The notes beneath the pieces were generated by a model. That model saw only the letters and a list, made by a program, of their open reading frames with translations, was not told where the DNA came from and searched no databases. A program made the position numbers and the translations under genes. 64,000 nt of DNA from Chiloscyllium plagiosum (taxonomy: Eukaryota), in the NCBI RefSeq assembly GCF_004010195.1, contig NC_057719.1, positions 1,340,195 through 1,404,194 of the forward strand, given 5' to 3'. Numbering within the stretch: the stretch's first letter is position 1; the number at the start of each line of letters is the position of its first letter. Of the stretch, positions 35,541 to 48,965 are shown one piece after another.

Positions 35541-37999
35541 CAAGGGCTGTCAGTTTGTATGCAGCAATATCTGAGGGAGCAGCTGACCAGTCAGTGTGCA
35601 CTGACGGTGTTGAGTGTGAAAGGACTATTGGAAGATCACTGTGCACTGAAACCAGTATTTAAACATCTACCTGAAACCGCAGTCAGAATACTGCATAGAA
35701 TTACTCTGCATTTATAGCACAGGATTAGGCCACTAGCTCAGCTAGTCCCAGCTGATATTAATGCTCCACACTGACATTTCCCATCCTACCACATCTCTCT
35801 CCATTCACCTATCCACTTCCTTCCTTCACACAGTAATCACCTCCCTGTGGTACGGAGTTTCACATTTTCCCTGCTCTCTGGGGAATGATAGTTCTCCTGA
35901 ATTATGTTGTGGATTGATCAGTGACTATCTTACACCTGTGTGGTTTCTCATTTTGGTCTTCCACCCTTGCATATAGAACCATCTCTCAGCAGCCTATATG
36001 TTACATTGGAATGTGTGGGCATTAGAAGCGGAAGTTGTAGCTACAGTGCTCCGCCCAGTAACTAATCGGATCAAAAGAGCATTCCAGGTGGCAGCAGCCC
36101 CTGCCAGTGTGTGAGCAGATGTGAATGATTGAGCGAGCCAGGGGGAAGGTGGGCTCGATTAGGTTTGTTTATTAAACAACAATGACGAAATTTGCAGCAG
36201 TATATCCCATTCACTGAAGTGCTTTGGAAAACCTGGAAGGTGTGAACGTTATTAAGTAAATGCAGTCATTTCTCATTATTTCTTAAGAGCAACAGATTAA
36301 ATTGAGTAGTCTTGGTGAACCTCTGCTGATGTGGCAATTTGTGGATTCCTTTGACAATCCAGTGCTCATTGTGAAAAATTCGAGCAATTTAAAACCAGGG
36401 TATTACTTTCAGTGTGATAAATGGGCACAGCAGCACATGTCTAGCATCTCATACTGTAAAATGTCCTAGGGTGATTCATGGGACCATTATCAAACACAAT
36501 TTGGCAACAAGCCACATAGGTGTTATGAGTTTTGTCAGAGATGAATCTTCTAGAGTGACTTCAGAAGGATATATAGAGAGGTGGAGAGATTTGAGAAAGA
36601 AATTTGAGTGTACTACATAAGCAACCAAAGGCATGGCTAGCAGTGGAGTCACCGAAATCTGGACAGAACTGAGCAGTACATATATATTTTAGAGGGTTGT
36701 TGGCAGGAGGGGTTAGAGTTAAGAAAGGGCATGACTGTGGAGTGCTTTAAAGACAAGGATTGAGTAACATAAAATCTTGGCATTGTGCAACCAGCGACTA
36801 GTGTAGGCGCACAGTGACCAGAACTTAGCAAATTGGCTCATACTCACACTCTGATAGGTTTTGGCATACACCAAGATTTTGACTGGCTTCAGGTCTGTTT
36901 GTTTGAGTCTTCCTGTCACTTAGTTGATTAGTGCACCCCTGAATGAAGCACTAAGCCGCGTTTGGATTTCAGAGAAAGAGAAATCCCCCTAACCATTTGT
37001 TCATTTTATTTTCTTCCTTTACTCCTTTGTGGGATGTGATCGTTAATGGCGAGACTATCATTTATTGTCCTGGAATTGGGTGGTCTGATCGGCTGTTTCA
37101 GAAAGCAGTTAAGAGTCAATCACGTTACTGACTTTCTAGAGTCACACCAAAACAGAGAACTGGAAAATCTCAGCAGGTCTGGCAGGTCTGGGGAGAGCGA
37201 AACAGTTGATGTTTTGTGCCCAGTGTGACTCTTCTTTGGAACTGAAGGAGAGATGGAAAGATGGTGGGTTTTATTCCACAGAAAAAGGTCCGGAGGAGTA
37301 AGTGGAACGAGTCGAGGGTCAGGGGAAGGTGAGAGGGTGATAGAGATCATTGGTATCACAATGATCTCTATCATTGGTATTTTATTACGAGGAAGCATAG
37401 ACAGAACTGTTTACATTGAACCATCTATTGACTTGACGAATTTATTCATGCAGTTTTTACATGGTTTTTAGTTCAAACTCCTGGTGTTATCCTGAGGGAC
37501 TGTTGCATTGTCTGAGGTGTTTTCAGGTTGAGATATTGAACTGAGGATCATTCTTGCTATCCTGGTCAATATTCATATTCATGCACAGTTATCCAAAGAA
37601 TATGTCCACCACATTCCTGGCCAGAGGTATCTCCCTCAACTAGTACTACCAGAACTTGATTGGTGTTTGCTGTACAATGTTGGTCATGTTCTACGTTAAA
37701 TGTTTATGATGTGCAGGATGGATTGATTGCCTTTGTCTAGCGATCCTAGTGGCATTACCAGTGTTGGAGAATTGGCAGTGTGGTTGGATGCTGCATGTCG
37801 TCCATTCATAACATTATGGAGTCACGTCAACAAGAAGCAGCTTTGCAAAATAAGTGTACAGCAGAAGCATTCCTTTAAAACACCAGCCACACACTGTCCC
37901 TTGTGATGGATGGCCCCAACCTGTTGAAAGATGTGGGCAATGACTATTGTACGGTGACTGGTCCCTGGTATAATAGCACTTAGACCTCGAGACTGTAAA

Positions 38000-38890
38000 A
38001 TGTAGGAGCAGAACAAAGCCATTTGGCTTATTGTGTCTAGTCTGCCGTTCAATGAGCTAATGTTCAACTCGACTTTCCTGCCTTTCCCCCATAACCCTTG
38101 ATTCCCTTACTGATTTAAAACTTGCCTATTTCAGCCTCGAATGTACTTTGAGCCATCAAGGCTGGGCCATTCTGCGGTAAAGAATTCCACAGATTCACTT
38201 AAACTGTCCCACATGGGGACTCGGCCTCTCCTCCTCTACCTTGTCAGGTCGGATAAAATCCTCTTCTCTATTTCAATAAGGTCACCTCTCATGCTTCTAA
38301 ATTCCAAGGAGTCCGGGCCCAGCCTACTCGACCTCCTCATAAGACAGTCCCTCCATACCCGGGATCGACCTTGTAAACCTTCCCTGGGCTGTCTGTGAAC
38401 CAGTGTATCTCTCTGTAGATAAGGGGACCAAGCTATTCACAATGCAGTCAAAATAGTGTTTGTATGGTTTTGATAAGACTTCCCTATTGTTATACTCCAG
38501 ACCCTGTGAAATGTTTCATTTGCCTCCTGATTACCAAATAAACTTAGATGCTAGCTTTTTATGATTTGCACACAAAGATTCCCAAATCACTGTGCTTCTC
38601 TTTTCTGTAGCCTGATTACATTTAAACAATATTCAACTCATCTATCTTCCTGTCAAACTGTATAATCTCACATTTCCCCACAGTTTATTCCGTCTAAGTT
38701 TTTCCTCATTCACTCAACCATTTTCCTCTGTAGACTGTGTTTGTCATCTGCACTTGCCTTCCCACCCGTAATCTGCACGTTTAACTATCATACATTCACC
38801 TCCCTTATCCAAGTCAGTCTATATTGTTAATAACCAGCACTGATCCCTGGGGCTTCTCACTAGATGCCATCCTGAAAATATCACCATATC
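38000..38890 (-). mobile_element. Old CR1 fragment
   Basis: Degenerate CR1 3' motifs. Confidence 0.65.
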
Positions 38891-38904
38891 CCAACTATTT
38901 CATG

Positions 38905-39512
38905 ATGTGGAGGAGGCGGTGTTGGACTGTGGTGTACAAATTTAAAAATCACACACCAGGTTATAGTCCAACAGGTTTATTTGGAAGCACCAGCTTTTGG
39001 AGCATCACTCTTTCATCAGGTAGCTGTGGAGCATAAGACACAGTTTATAGCAAAAGATTACAGTGTCATGCAACTGAAATGATGTATTGAACAAACCTAG
39101 ATTGTTGTTAAGGCTCTCATCTTTTAGAATGGGTTGCAGGTTTCGGTTCACTAATATGTAAACCCCAGTACTAATTTTAAGTCACATTCTCGAGATAGCT
39201 TAAGTTTTAATAACAAAAGATGACATCTCAGCTCAGACAATACCTTAAATGTGTGAGGGTAGAGTCTGTCTATATCTCAATTTTGACTCAGAATGGTTCT
39301 ATTTCCAAAGTGGAATTTAGAAAATATTGCATGTATTGACTGCCTGCAAATTGTGCATTTTTGAGCAAAGTAGAATGTATCTGCAAATATAATTCTGTAA
39401 ATACAAATTCTGGTCTTTATGCTCCACAACCACCTGATGAAGGAGCAGCATTCCGAAAGCTAGTGCTTCCAAATAAACCTGTTGGGCTATAAACTGGTGT
39501 TTTGTGATTTTT
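38905..39512. mobile_element. Third PLE family insertion with inverted pLTR arms; 12-bp TSD
   Basis: TSD AACTATTTCATG at 38893-38904 and 39513-39524. Arms at about 38942-39040 and 39412-39514. Same family as the fragment at 11590-11700. Confidence 0.8.
39431..39465 (+). ncRNA. Minimal hammerhead ribozyme motif (third PLE family)
   Basis: Stem I CAC/GTG, CTGATGA, stem II GGA...TCC, GAAA, palindromic AGCT. Confidence 0.7.
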
Positions 39513-40484
39513 AACTATTTCATGTTAATTATCCAGTCGTCTACCCATGCTGGTATATGCGCTGGATACTATGGACTCTTATTAAGTAGTCTATCACGTG
39601 ATACCTTATCAAACATCTTTGATAATTACCACCCAAATCATTTCTTGCTTATTGCATCTTGTGCTAACGAAGCTACCCCACCATCCTTTTCCTTCCTGTC
39701 TGCACTTTTGAAACGTGCATCTCTTGAATATTTAGTTCCCAGCTTTGCTCTCCTGTAACTAGGTCTCTAATGGCTATAAGATCATAGCTAATAGCTTGTA
39801 CTTACGCTGTTACTTCATTAATTTGTTCCAAAAACTATGTGTATTTAAGTAAAGAATCATTACTTTTACCTTTTCACCATTTCTCCCCCTTTTGACTTTA
39901 TTTGCTGTTGTTTTTCTAAGTTTGTAAACTTTTCTGCTTCTGTCACTTTTTGGGTATAATTGCCGAAATTGCTGTGCAAGGCTGCTGTATCCTCTAACTT
40001 TGTAAGCCCAATTACCCCTCCCTGAAACCCTCCCGCCCCAGCCTCTAAGTAGTTAAAAACCTTCTCTATGATAACGGCCAGTTTGCTCAGCCTCCCTGCA
40101 GTCTCCACTCTTGTCCACACAGTTTTCAATAACCTCATAATTACTGTTGGACGACACTGGGACAGAGGCTTCTGAACCCTGAAATGTGGGTCCCTGTACC
40201 TGCCTCGTCTGTGGTCACACCCACCTGGCCCTGATCATGGACGCTCCCGCACCCCCCCCCCCATCTACATGACCTAGACTGAGAGGTGTGCCTGCCTCCT
40301 CCTAACCTCTGCTCACAGCTCTGTGCTGGATGGTCAGAAGGACAAATTTATCACATTTCTTGATGAATGCTGATTATCTGCTATGTAACCATATTACCAC
40401 TGTGACTGTACGCTGGGTGCTTATTCTGAATGTGAGCAGTAGCCCTCGTCCCACGTACCACCACATTCCCAATGTCTGTATATT

Positions 40485-40935
40485 CTAGCAATTTTTGAGA
40501 AGATTTGCAGCACACGTTGCTAATAAGTATGTAAGTTTGCTCGCTGGGCTGGACGGTTTGTTTTCGTCACCATAACTGGGTAACATCATCAGTGAGAGTC
40601 CCGGTGAAGTGCTGGTCGTGTGTCCCGCCTCTCTATTTATAGGTCTTGGTTTCTTATGGTGGGTGATGTTCATTTCCGGTTTGTTTTTCAAGGGGAGGTA
40701 GATCGTGTCTAAATCTGTGTGTTTAGTGATGGAGTTCTGGTTAGAATACCATGCTTCTAAGAATTCTCGTGCTGCCTGTCTTTGTTTCGCCTGTCCTACG
40801 ATGTGCGTCTGATGCCCCAGTCAAAGTGGTGTCCTCCTTTGGCTGTATGTATCGAAACTAGTGGTAGTGGGTCATGTCTTATGGTGGCCAGTTGGTGTTT
40901 GTGTATCCTAGTGACAAGTTTCCTGCGTGTTTGTC
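40485..40935 (-). mobile_element. Poseidon-type PLE 3' fragment
   Basis: Similar to the reverse complement of about 46010-46430, with a degenerate hammerhead. Confidence 0.75.
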
Positions 40936-41289
40936 TCTTTATTCTCTCAACATGCAAGAAGTTTCTCTAGGGTCTTACTGTTCCCTGCCTCTTTAAACTC
41001 TTTCGACCCCAAGTCCCTTCAAGATATCTATGCTGCTCTAATTTTGGCCACTTGTACATTGCCAGTTTTCATTCCAGCACCATTGGTATTTGTACCTTGG
41101 GCCCCAGTCTCTGCAGTTCCCTTCTGCCTCTCTACCCCACTTTCCTTCTTTAAGATACCCAAAGTCTATCTCTTTCTCTTGATTGTCTGACCCAGTTTCT
41201 CTTTGTGTAGTTTTGTGACTAGACTTCATTTTGGAATGCTTCTGTGAGGCATATTGGGATATTTCATTATTGAAGTAATTGTTGCATAA

Positions 41290-42050
41290 GGTTGTAACAT
41301 AAAGAGGAGGCCAGTCAGTCCTTCCAGCTCCCTTCTATCATTCAGTGTGATAATCCTGACTTTCTACATCATTTTCTTAACAGTCCCTGCAAAATCCTCC
41401 TTCCAATGTCTGGGGGCTAGCCTCAAAATTGGAAGAGGTGTCCTACAGACTAGCCGAGCAATGCCTGAAAGTCATATTCGGTGTCATACCATACATTTAT
41501 AAATGTTTAAATAAAAATGTATCAAGCTCCTTCTTGAACACACCTAACAAGTGAACCTCCAGAACTCATTGGGCAAAGAATTCCAACTATTAACCATTCC
41601 CTAAGTGAAGACCTTCCTCCTCGCTTTACTCTTAAATGATCAACTCCTTTATTCTGAAACTGTCGTGTGTTTCTAGCACACACTGCTCCTCCCAGACCCA
41701 TCTTTCCTCGACGAATCTCTCTCCATCCTGTAAGAAAATTTTGTATGAATAAAAACACCCCTCATTCTTCTAAACTGTACAGAATATAGTCCCAGTCTAT
41801 TTAATCTTTCATCATTGTATAATCTCTCCATCCCAGGAATTAGTTTGGTAAAACATGCACTCCCTCTGTGGGTGTATAAGAGGATCAAATCTCTGCGTGT
41901 TCTTATCAATTATCTCTGTACAATTGCATTAAGATGTCTTTGCTCCTGAACTCAAAACAATTTGTTGAAAAGTCCAATTTATCAATTGCTGCCTTAATTG
42001 CTTTCTATGCTTGGCATTTTTAACTTTTAGTGACTCTGGGTCTCTTGTGG
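41290..42050 (-). mobile_element. Old CR1 fragment
   Basis: FTKLIPGMERLYNDERLNRLGLYS. Confidence 0.65.
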
Positions 42051-42053
42051 CAC

Positions 42054-43235
42054 ATAGAACCTAGAACATTCCAGCGCAGTACAGGCCCTTCGGTTCTTGA
42101 TGTTGTGCCGACCAGTGAAACCAATCTGAAGCCCATCTAGTCTGCACCGTTCCATAATCATCCATCTATTTATCCAGTGACCATTTAAATGCCCTTAAAG
42201 TTAGCGGGTCCGCTACTGTTACAGGCAGAGTGTTCCACGCCCCTACTACTCTGAGTAAAGAACCTACCTCCGACATCTGTCCTATATTTATCACCCCTCA
42301 GTTTAAAGCTACGTCCCCTCGTGCTCACCATCACCATCTGTGGAAGAAGGCTCTCACTGTCCACCCTATCTAACCCTCTGATTATCTTGTATGTCTCTAT
42401 TAAGTCACCTCTTAACCTTCTTCTCTCTAACAATAAGACCTTCTCTGCGTACCAGGCAACATCCTGCTAAATCTTGTCTGAATCCTTTCCAAAGCTTCCA
42501 CATCCTCCCTATAATGCAGTGACCAGAAATGTGTGCAATACTCCAAGTGCGGCTGCACCAGTGTTTTGTACAGCTGCAATGTGACCTCATGGTTCTGAAA
42601 CTCAACCCCTCTACCAATAAAAGCTAACACACTGTATGCCTTCTTAACAATCTATCAATCTGGGTGGCAACTTTCAGGTATCTATGCATATGGACACCGA
42701 GATCTCTCTGCTCATCCAGACTACCAAGTATCTTGCCAATAGCTCACTACTCTGCATTCCTGTTACTCCTTCTAAAGTGAATCACCTCACACTTTTCCAC
42801 ATTAAACTCCATTTGCCACCTCTCAGCCCAGCTCTGCAACTTATCTATGTCCCTCTGTAACCTGTAACATCCTTCAGCACTATCCACAACTTCAACTTTA
42901 GTGTCATCCGCAAATTTACTAACCCATCTGTCTACGCTCTCATCGAGATCATTTATAAAAAATGACAAACAACAGTGGCCCCAAAACAGATCCTTGTGGT
43001 ATCTCACTAGTAACTGAACTCCAGGATGAACATTTTCCATCAACCACCACCCTTTGTCGTCTTTCAGCTGGCCAATTTCTGATCCAAACCACTAAATCAC
43101 CCTTAATCCCATTCCTCCATATTTTCTGCAATAGCCTACCATGGGGAACCTTCCCAAACGTCTTACTGAAATCCATATACACCACATCAACTGCTTTACC
43201 CTCATCCACCTGTTTGGTCACCTTCTCAAAGAAGT
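42054..43235 (-). mobile_element. CR1 RT-3' fragment
   Basis: [37 protein letters not shown]. Confidence 0.92.
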
Positions 43236-43499
43236 GGTAATGTTCCTGGTCATAAAGTCAGGATCAAGTTCCATCTGCCCTGAATTTATCAAAACAAAAT
43301 GTCTGAAGTTGATTTTATTTTTAAAAAACGTTTAGCTGATAAACAACAGCATCAAAATTTCTTCAAAGTTCAATGCTTACTAGCCCCATAATATTTAAGA
43401 AATACACAAGTCAGAGATGGAAATACTCCATCACTCAGTTGTGTGAAACTGATATAAAGCTTAAAGAAAGGAATAAAGCTGGACTGACCACTTTGCTAT

Positions 43500-44200
43500 C
43501 CGAAACAACAATGGCAAAAACACCCTGTCAACCTTGGAAAGTCCTCCTTCCCAATGCCATGGGGCTAGTGTCACATTTGAAAGAGCTATCCCACAGACTC
43601 GTCAACGAATGCTTGAAATAGTCATACTCTGTGTCATACCTAATGGTGTCCCAGACACAACTACCACCATCCCATACCAACCAGCAGGACAGACCTAGCT
43701 GAGGAAGTGGCACAATGGTGTACTGTTTGGAGGGAATTGCCTTGAGAGCTCTATTGTTGATTTCCGACTCCATGAAGTCTCCTGGCATCAGGTCAGACAT
43801 GAGTAAAGGAAATGTGTTGATTACCAATAGCTTGGAAAGGGCACAGAATATAATCTGGTTGGGGAGCATCAGTGTTCAGCACTACTGAACTCAATGTGTC
43901 CTTTAGGACACCACATCCATAGACATTGACTGATTCCATCACTGATGTTTAGTAGCAGCAGTTATACCACCTGCAAGATCCTTAGCAGCATCTTCCAAAC
44001 CCATGACCACTGCAAGTTCCCCTCCAAGCCACTCACTGTCCCAACTTGGAAGTATAGCATCATTCCTTAAAATCCTGGAACTTCCTAACAGCATTGTGGA
44101 TATCCCCATACCAGATACGCTGCAGTAGTTCAAGAGGTTGTTCACCACCACCTTCTCAATGACGATTAGAGATGGATAATCAAAACACCTGCAGTCAGGG
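43500..44200 (+). mobile_element. Degenerate L2/CR1-group LINE fragments
   Basis: 3' part similar to 9120-9345 and 46472-46800. Confidence 0.55.
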
Positions 44201-44566
44201 AATTAATCAGAAGTGATTGGGACGTTGAAAATGCTGTTTAACATGGATACGTTCTGTGGCCACAGTTTATAATTTAAATTAATGATTTCGTTTTTAGAAC
44301 GATTAACTGTTAGAGATAATGCAAATAGCATACTTGGGGTGGATATGTTGTTGGTAACAGGCTAATACAACTTTCATAGGAAATGGCAGTAAACCTGCAA
44401 TTGGGTTAAGGCACAAGTTAACTTTAACGTATGCTATGACCTTAGCTAATGGTAATACTGAATACTATCAAAACAGATCTGGATCAGAGATCATCTGTTT
44501 ATTTTGTTTAGTTTGTTATTGTGGTAGTCAAAGACTAACATTCCAACAAGGCTGTCGATTTTCTTT

Positions 44567-44686
44567 GGCAAAAGTAAGGACTGCAGGTGCTGGAGATTAG
44601 AGTGGTGCTGGAAAAGCACAGCAGATCAGGCAGCATCCGAGGAGCACGAGAATCGATGTTTTGGGCAAAAGCCCTTCATCAGGAAA
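44567..44686 (-). mobile_element. PLE pLTR + tail ending at the hammerhead
   Basis: GGGCAAAAGCCCTTCATCAGGAA at its end. Confidence 0.8.
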
Positions 44687-44706
44687 CCCGATGGAGGATT
44701 CAGAGG

Positions 44707-46432
44707 CTGAGTAGTCTGAGCAGTCTGGCAGTCATTTCAGAGATGTATTTGATGTAGGGGAGAGTGGCTAGGGTTTCTGGATGTATTTTGTCTGCTTGTT
44801 TGGGTTTGTTGCAGAGAAATCAGGGCGGCACGGTGGCACAGTGATTAGCACTGCTGCCTCACAGCGCCAGAGACCCGGGTTCAATTCCCGCCTCAGGCGA
44901 CTGACTGTGTGGAGTTTGCACGTTCTCCCCGTGTCTGCGTGGGTTTCCTCCGGGTGCTCTGGTTTCCTCCCACAGTCACAAAGATGTGCACGTCAGGTGA
45001 ATTGCCCGTAGTGTTAGGTAAGGGGTAAATGTAGGGGTATGGGTGGGTTACGCTTCGGCGGGTCAGTGTGGACTTGTTTCCACACTGTAATGTAATTTAA
45101 TCAAAATTTTAAAAATCGGCGGACTGTGTTCATTGGGTACCCATTCGTTTTGAATACACGGTATAGGTGATTTTCCTCTGCTCTGCATTGTTCCTCTGTG
45201 CTTTGCTGCAGTGTGTGTTGGCTCGTTGGAATAATGTTCTGATACAGTTTTGTTTGTGGGTGTTGGGATGATTGCTTCTGTAGTTCAGTATTTGGTCCGT
45301 ATGGGTTGTTTTCCTTTAGACGCTAGTTTGAAGGTCCCCATTGGCTGTTCACTCCAATGCGACATCTAGGAATGGCAGTTTGTAGTAGTTTTCCTCCTCT
45401 TTAGTGAATTTTATGCCAGTAAGGGAATTATTGATGGTCTTGAAGGTTTCCTCTAATTTGTTTCGTTTAGTGATGACAAAGGTGTCATCTATGTAACGGA
45501 CCCAAGGTTTGGGTTGGATGGTTGGCAGAGCTGTTTGTTCGAGTCTCTGCATTACTGCCTCTGCGAAGAACCCTGATATTGGAGATCCCATGGGAGTTCC
45601 GTTGGTTTGTCTGTAGGTTTTGTTGTTAAAGGTGAAGTGGGTGGTAATGCATAGGTCCACTAGCTTGACGATACTGTCCTTGCTGATGAAGTTAATGGTG
45701 TTTGGTGTATGTGTCTTTGGGTCTTCTAATAGTGTAATCAGTGTTTCCTTAGCCAGGTTAATGTTGATTGATGTGAACAAGGCTGTTACATCAAAGGAGA
45801 CCATTATTTCATCCTCTTCTATCTTAGTGTCTTTGGTCTTCAGGAATTCTTGGGTGGAGTGGACCCCTTGGCATCATGGTAGCCCACAAACCCACCAACA
45901 CACTAAAACAGCAGCTAATGAACTTGAAAGACCCTATACAGACAATAAGCAAAACTAATGTCGTTTACAAAATACCGTGCAAGGACTGTAACAAACACTA
46001 CATTGGACAAACAGGCAGAAAACTAGCCGTCAGGATACATGAACACCAACTAGCCACAAAAAGGCATGATCCTCTCTCACTAGTACCCTCACATACGGAT
46101 GAGGAAGGACACCACTTTGACTGGGACAGCACATCCATCCTAGGACACGCCAAACAAAGATACGCATGAGAATTCCTAGAAGCTTGGCATTCCAACCAGA
46201 ACGCTCTCTCAACAAACACATCAAGTTAGATCCCATCTACCACCCCTGAGAAAAGGAACAGGAAGTTACTTCACCACAGGAAATGACATCACCAACCCAA
46301 ACAAACCCAAACATATAACCAGGACTTCTCAGCAGTGCTTCACCTGAGGCCCACTGAAGAGATTATCTAGTAGAGTGGCAAAACGTCTGGAAATGAACTT
46401 CCAGCTCAGCGAGCAAACCTACATCCAAAACT
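44707..46432. mobile_element. Poseidon-type PLE with 5' inversion (RT on - at 44707-45861; GIY-YIG + pLTR on + at 45862-46432)
   Basis: MVSFDVTALFTSI...GTPMGSPISG...WVRYIDDTF on minus. VVYKIPCKDCNKHYIGQTGRKL on plus. Confidence 0.9.
44823..45102 (+). mobile_element. HE1-like V-SINE inserted in the PLE
   Basis: A/B boxes, V-domain. Confidence 0.9.
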
Positions 46433-47017
46433 TATTATGTATAATATGAATTATACCCCTTACTTTCTCATGTTCACTCGTGGGCCATGGGTGTCACTGG
46501 CTGGGCCCAGCATTTATTGCCCGTCCCTAGTTGCCCCTTGAGAAGGTGGGGGTGAGCTGCCTCCTTGAACCGCTGCAGTCCATGTGCTGTAGTTGGACCC
46601 ACAATGCCCTTAAGGAGGGAATTCCAGGATTTTAACCCAGTGACAGTGAAGGAACGGCGATATATTTCCAAGTCAGGATGGTGAGCGGCTTGGACGGGAA
46701 CTTGCAGGGGGTGGTGTTCCCATGTATCTGCTGCCCTTGTCCTCCGAGATGGAAGTGACCGTGGGTTTGGAAGGTGCTGTCTGAGGATTTTTGAGTTTCT
46801 CCAATGCATGTTGTAGACATTACACACTGCTACTACTGAGCATTGGTGTGGTGGAGGGAGTGGGTGTTTGTGGATGTGATGCCAGTCAAGTGGACTGCTT
46901 TTTCCTGGATGGTGTCAAGCTTCTTGAGTGTTGTTGGATCTGCCCCCATCCAGGGCAAGTGGGGAGTGAGTATTCCATCACACTCCTGACTTGTGGACAG
47001 CTTTTGGGGAGTCAGGC

Positions 47018-47133
47018 AGCCTTCATCAGCTTTTACCCGAAATGTTGATTTTCTTGCTCCTCTGATGCTGCCTGACCTGCTGTGCTTTTCCAGCACCACT
47101 CTAATCTGTAGCATCTGCAGTACCCACTTCGCC
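47018..47133 (+). mobile_element. PLE pLTR + tail starting in the hammerhead region
   Basis: GCTTTTACCCGAAATG...AGCATCTGCAGTACCCACTTCGCC. Confidence 0.75.
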
Positions 47134-48184
47134 TGTGTCTCTTAATGGAGATTGTCATTGGCTTGGCGCAAATGCGACTTGTCAGCCCAAGCCTGGATAT
47201 TGTTCAGATCTTGTTGTATTTGAATATGGACTGCTTCAGTATTGGAGGAATCCCAAATGTGCTGAATATTGTACAATCATCAGAAAACCTCTCCCCTTCT
47301 GACCTTAAGATGGAGGGAAGGTCATTGATGAAGCAGCTGAAGATGGCTGGGCCTAGGACACTATCCTGAGGAACTCCTGCAGAGATGTCTTGGAGCTGAG
47401 ATGACTGACCTCCACAACCACAATCATCTTCCTATGTGTCAGGTATGACTTCGACCAGCAGAGAGTTTTACCCCGATACCCATTGATTCCAGTTTTGCTG
47501 GGGCACATTGATGTGACATTCGATTGAATGGAGCTTGATGTCCCTCTCCCCTCTCCTCTGGAATCCAGCTCTTTTGTCCATGTTTGAGCCAAGGCTGTAA
47601 TGAGGTCAGGAGCTGAGTGGCCCCGGGGGAACCCAAACTGGGCGTCACTGAGCAGGTTATTGCTGAGCAGGTGCTGCTTGATAGCACTGTTGGTGACACC
47701 TTCCATCACTTTATTGATGATCGAGAGTAGACTGATGGGGCAGTAATTGGCCGAGTTGGATTTGTCCTGGTTTTTATGTACAGGAAATACCTGGGCAATT
47801 TTCCACATCGTTGGGTAGATGCCAGTGTTGTAACTGTACTGGAACAGTTTGGCGAGGGGAGCGGCAAGTTCTACAGCACAGGTCTTCAGTACTATTGTGG
47901 AACATTGTCAGGGCCTGCAGTCTTTGCAGTATCCAGTACCTCCAACCATTTCCTGATATCATGTGGTGTGAATCGAATTGGCTGAAGACTGGTACCCTTG
48001 GAGGAGGTTGAGATGGATCGTTCCACTTGACCGAAGATTGCTGCAAAAGCTTCAGCCTTGTGTTTTGCATTGACATGCTGGCTCCTCCATCGTTGAGGAG
48101 GGGGATATTTGTGGAGCCGCCTCCAGTGAGTTGTTTAATTGTCCACCACCATTCACAACTGGATGTGGCAGGTCCGAACATTGA

Positions 48185-48965
48185 GCACATGAATTGGGAC
48201 GTCGTGTTGTGGCCGCGCAGGACATTGATGAGGCTGCTTTTAGAATTCTATGTACACTTCTGATCACCTTCGAGAGGTAGCATGTTGTTAAACATAAGAG
48301 GGTGCAGAAATTGGAGAGTTTTGATTGTAGGGAGAGGCTGAATAGATTAGATTACTTACTGTGGAAACAGGCCCTTCGGTCCAACAAGTCCACACCGACC
48401 TGTCTAAGCACAACCCACCCAGACCCATTCCCCTACATTTACCCCTGCATAGCCAATTCACCTGACCTGCACATTTTGGATTGTGGGAGGAAATCGGAGC
48501 ACCCGGAGGAAACCCATGCAGACACGGGGAGAATGTGCAAACTCCACACAGTCAGGCGCCTGAGGTGGGAATTGAATCCGGATCTCTGGCTGGGGCTATT
48601 TTCCTTGGAGCATTGGAGGCTGAGGGGTGATCTTATAGAAGTTCATAAAATCATGTGGAGCATGGGTGGGTGAATAGCCAAAGTCTTTCCCCCAGGCTAG
48701 GGGAGTCCAAAATTAGAGGGCATAGATTTAAGGTGAGAGGGGAAAGATTTAAAAAGGATCTGAGGAGTATTTTTTCACACACAAGTTAGTGTTTGTACGG
48801 AACGAGCTGCTCGGTGAAGTGATGGACAGCATTTAAAAGGCACATGGGTGAGTATATGAATAGGAAGGGTTTAGAGAGATATGGGCCAAGTGCTGGCAAG
48901 TGGAACTAGCTTAGATTGGGATGTCTGGTTGGTGGGGACAGAAGGGTCTGTTTCTGTGCTGAAAT
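48185..48965 (+). mobile_element. CR1 3' fragment interrupted by an HE1-like SINE (48343-48588, -)
   Basis: ERLNRL / LGLFSLEHWRLRGDLIEV flanking the SINE. Confidence 0.8.
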
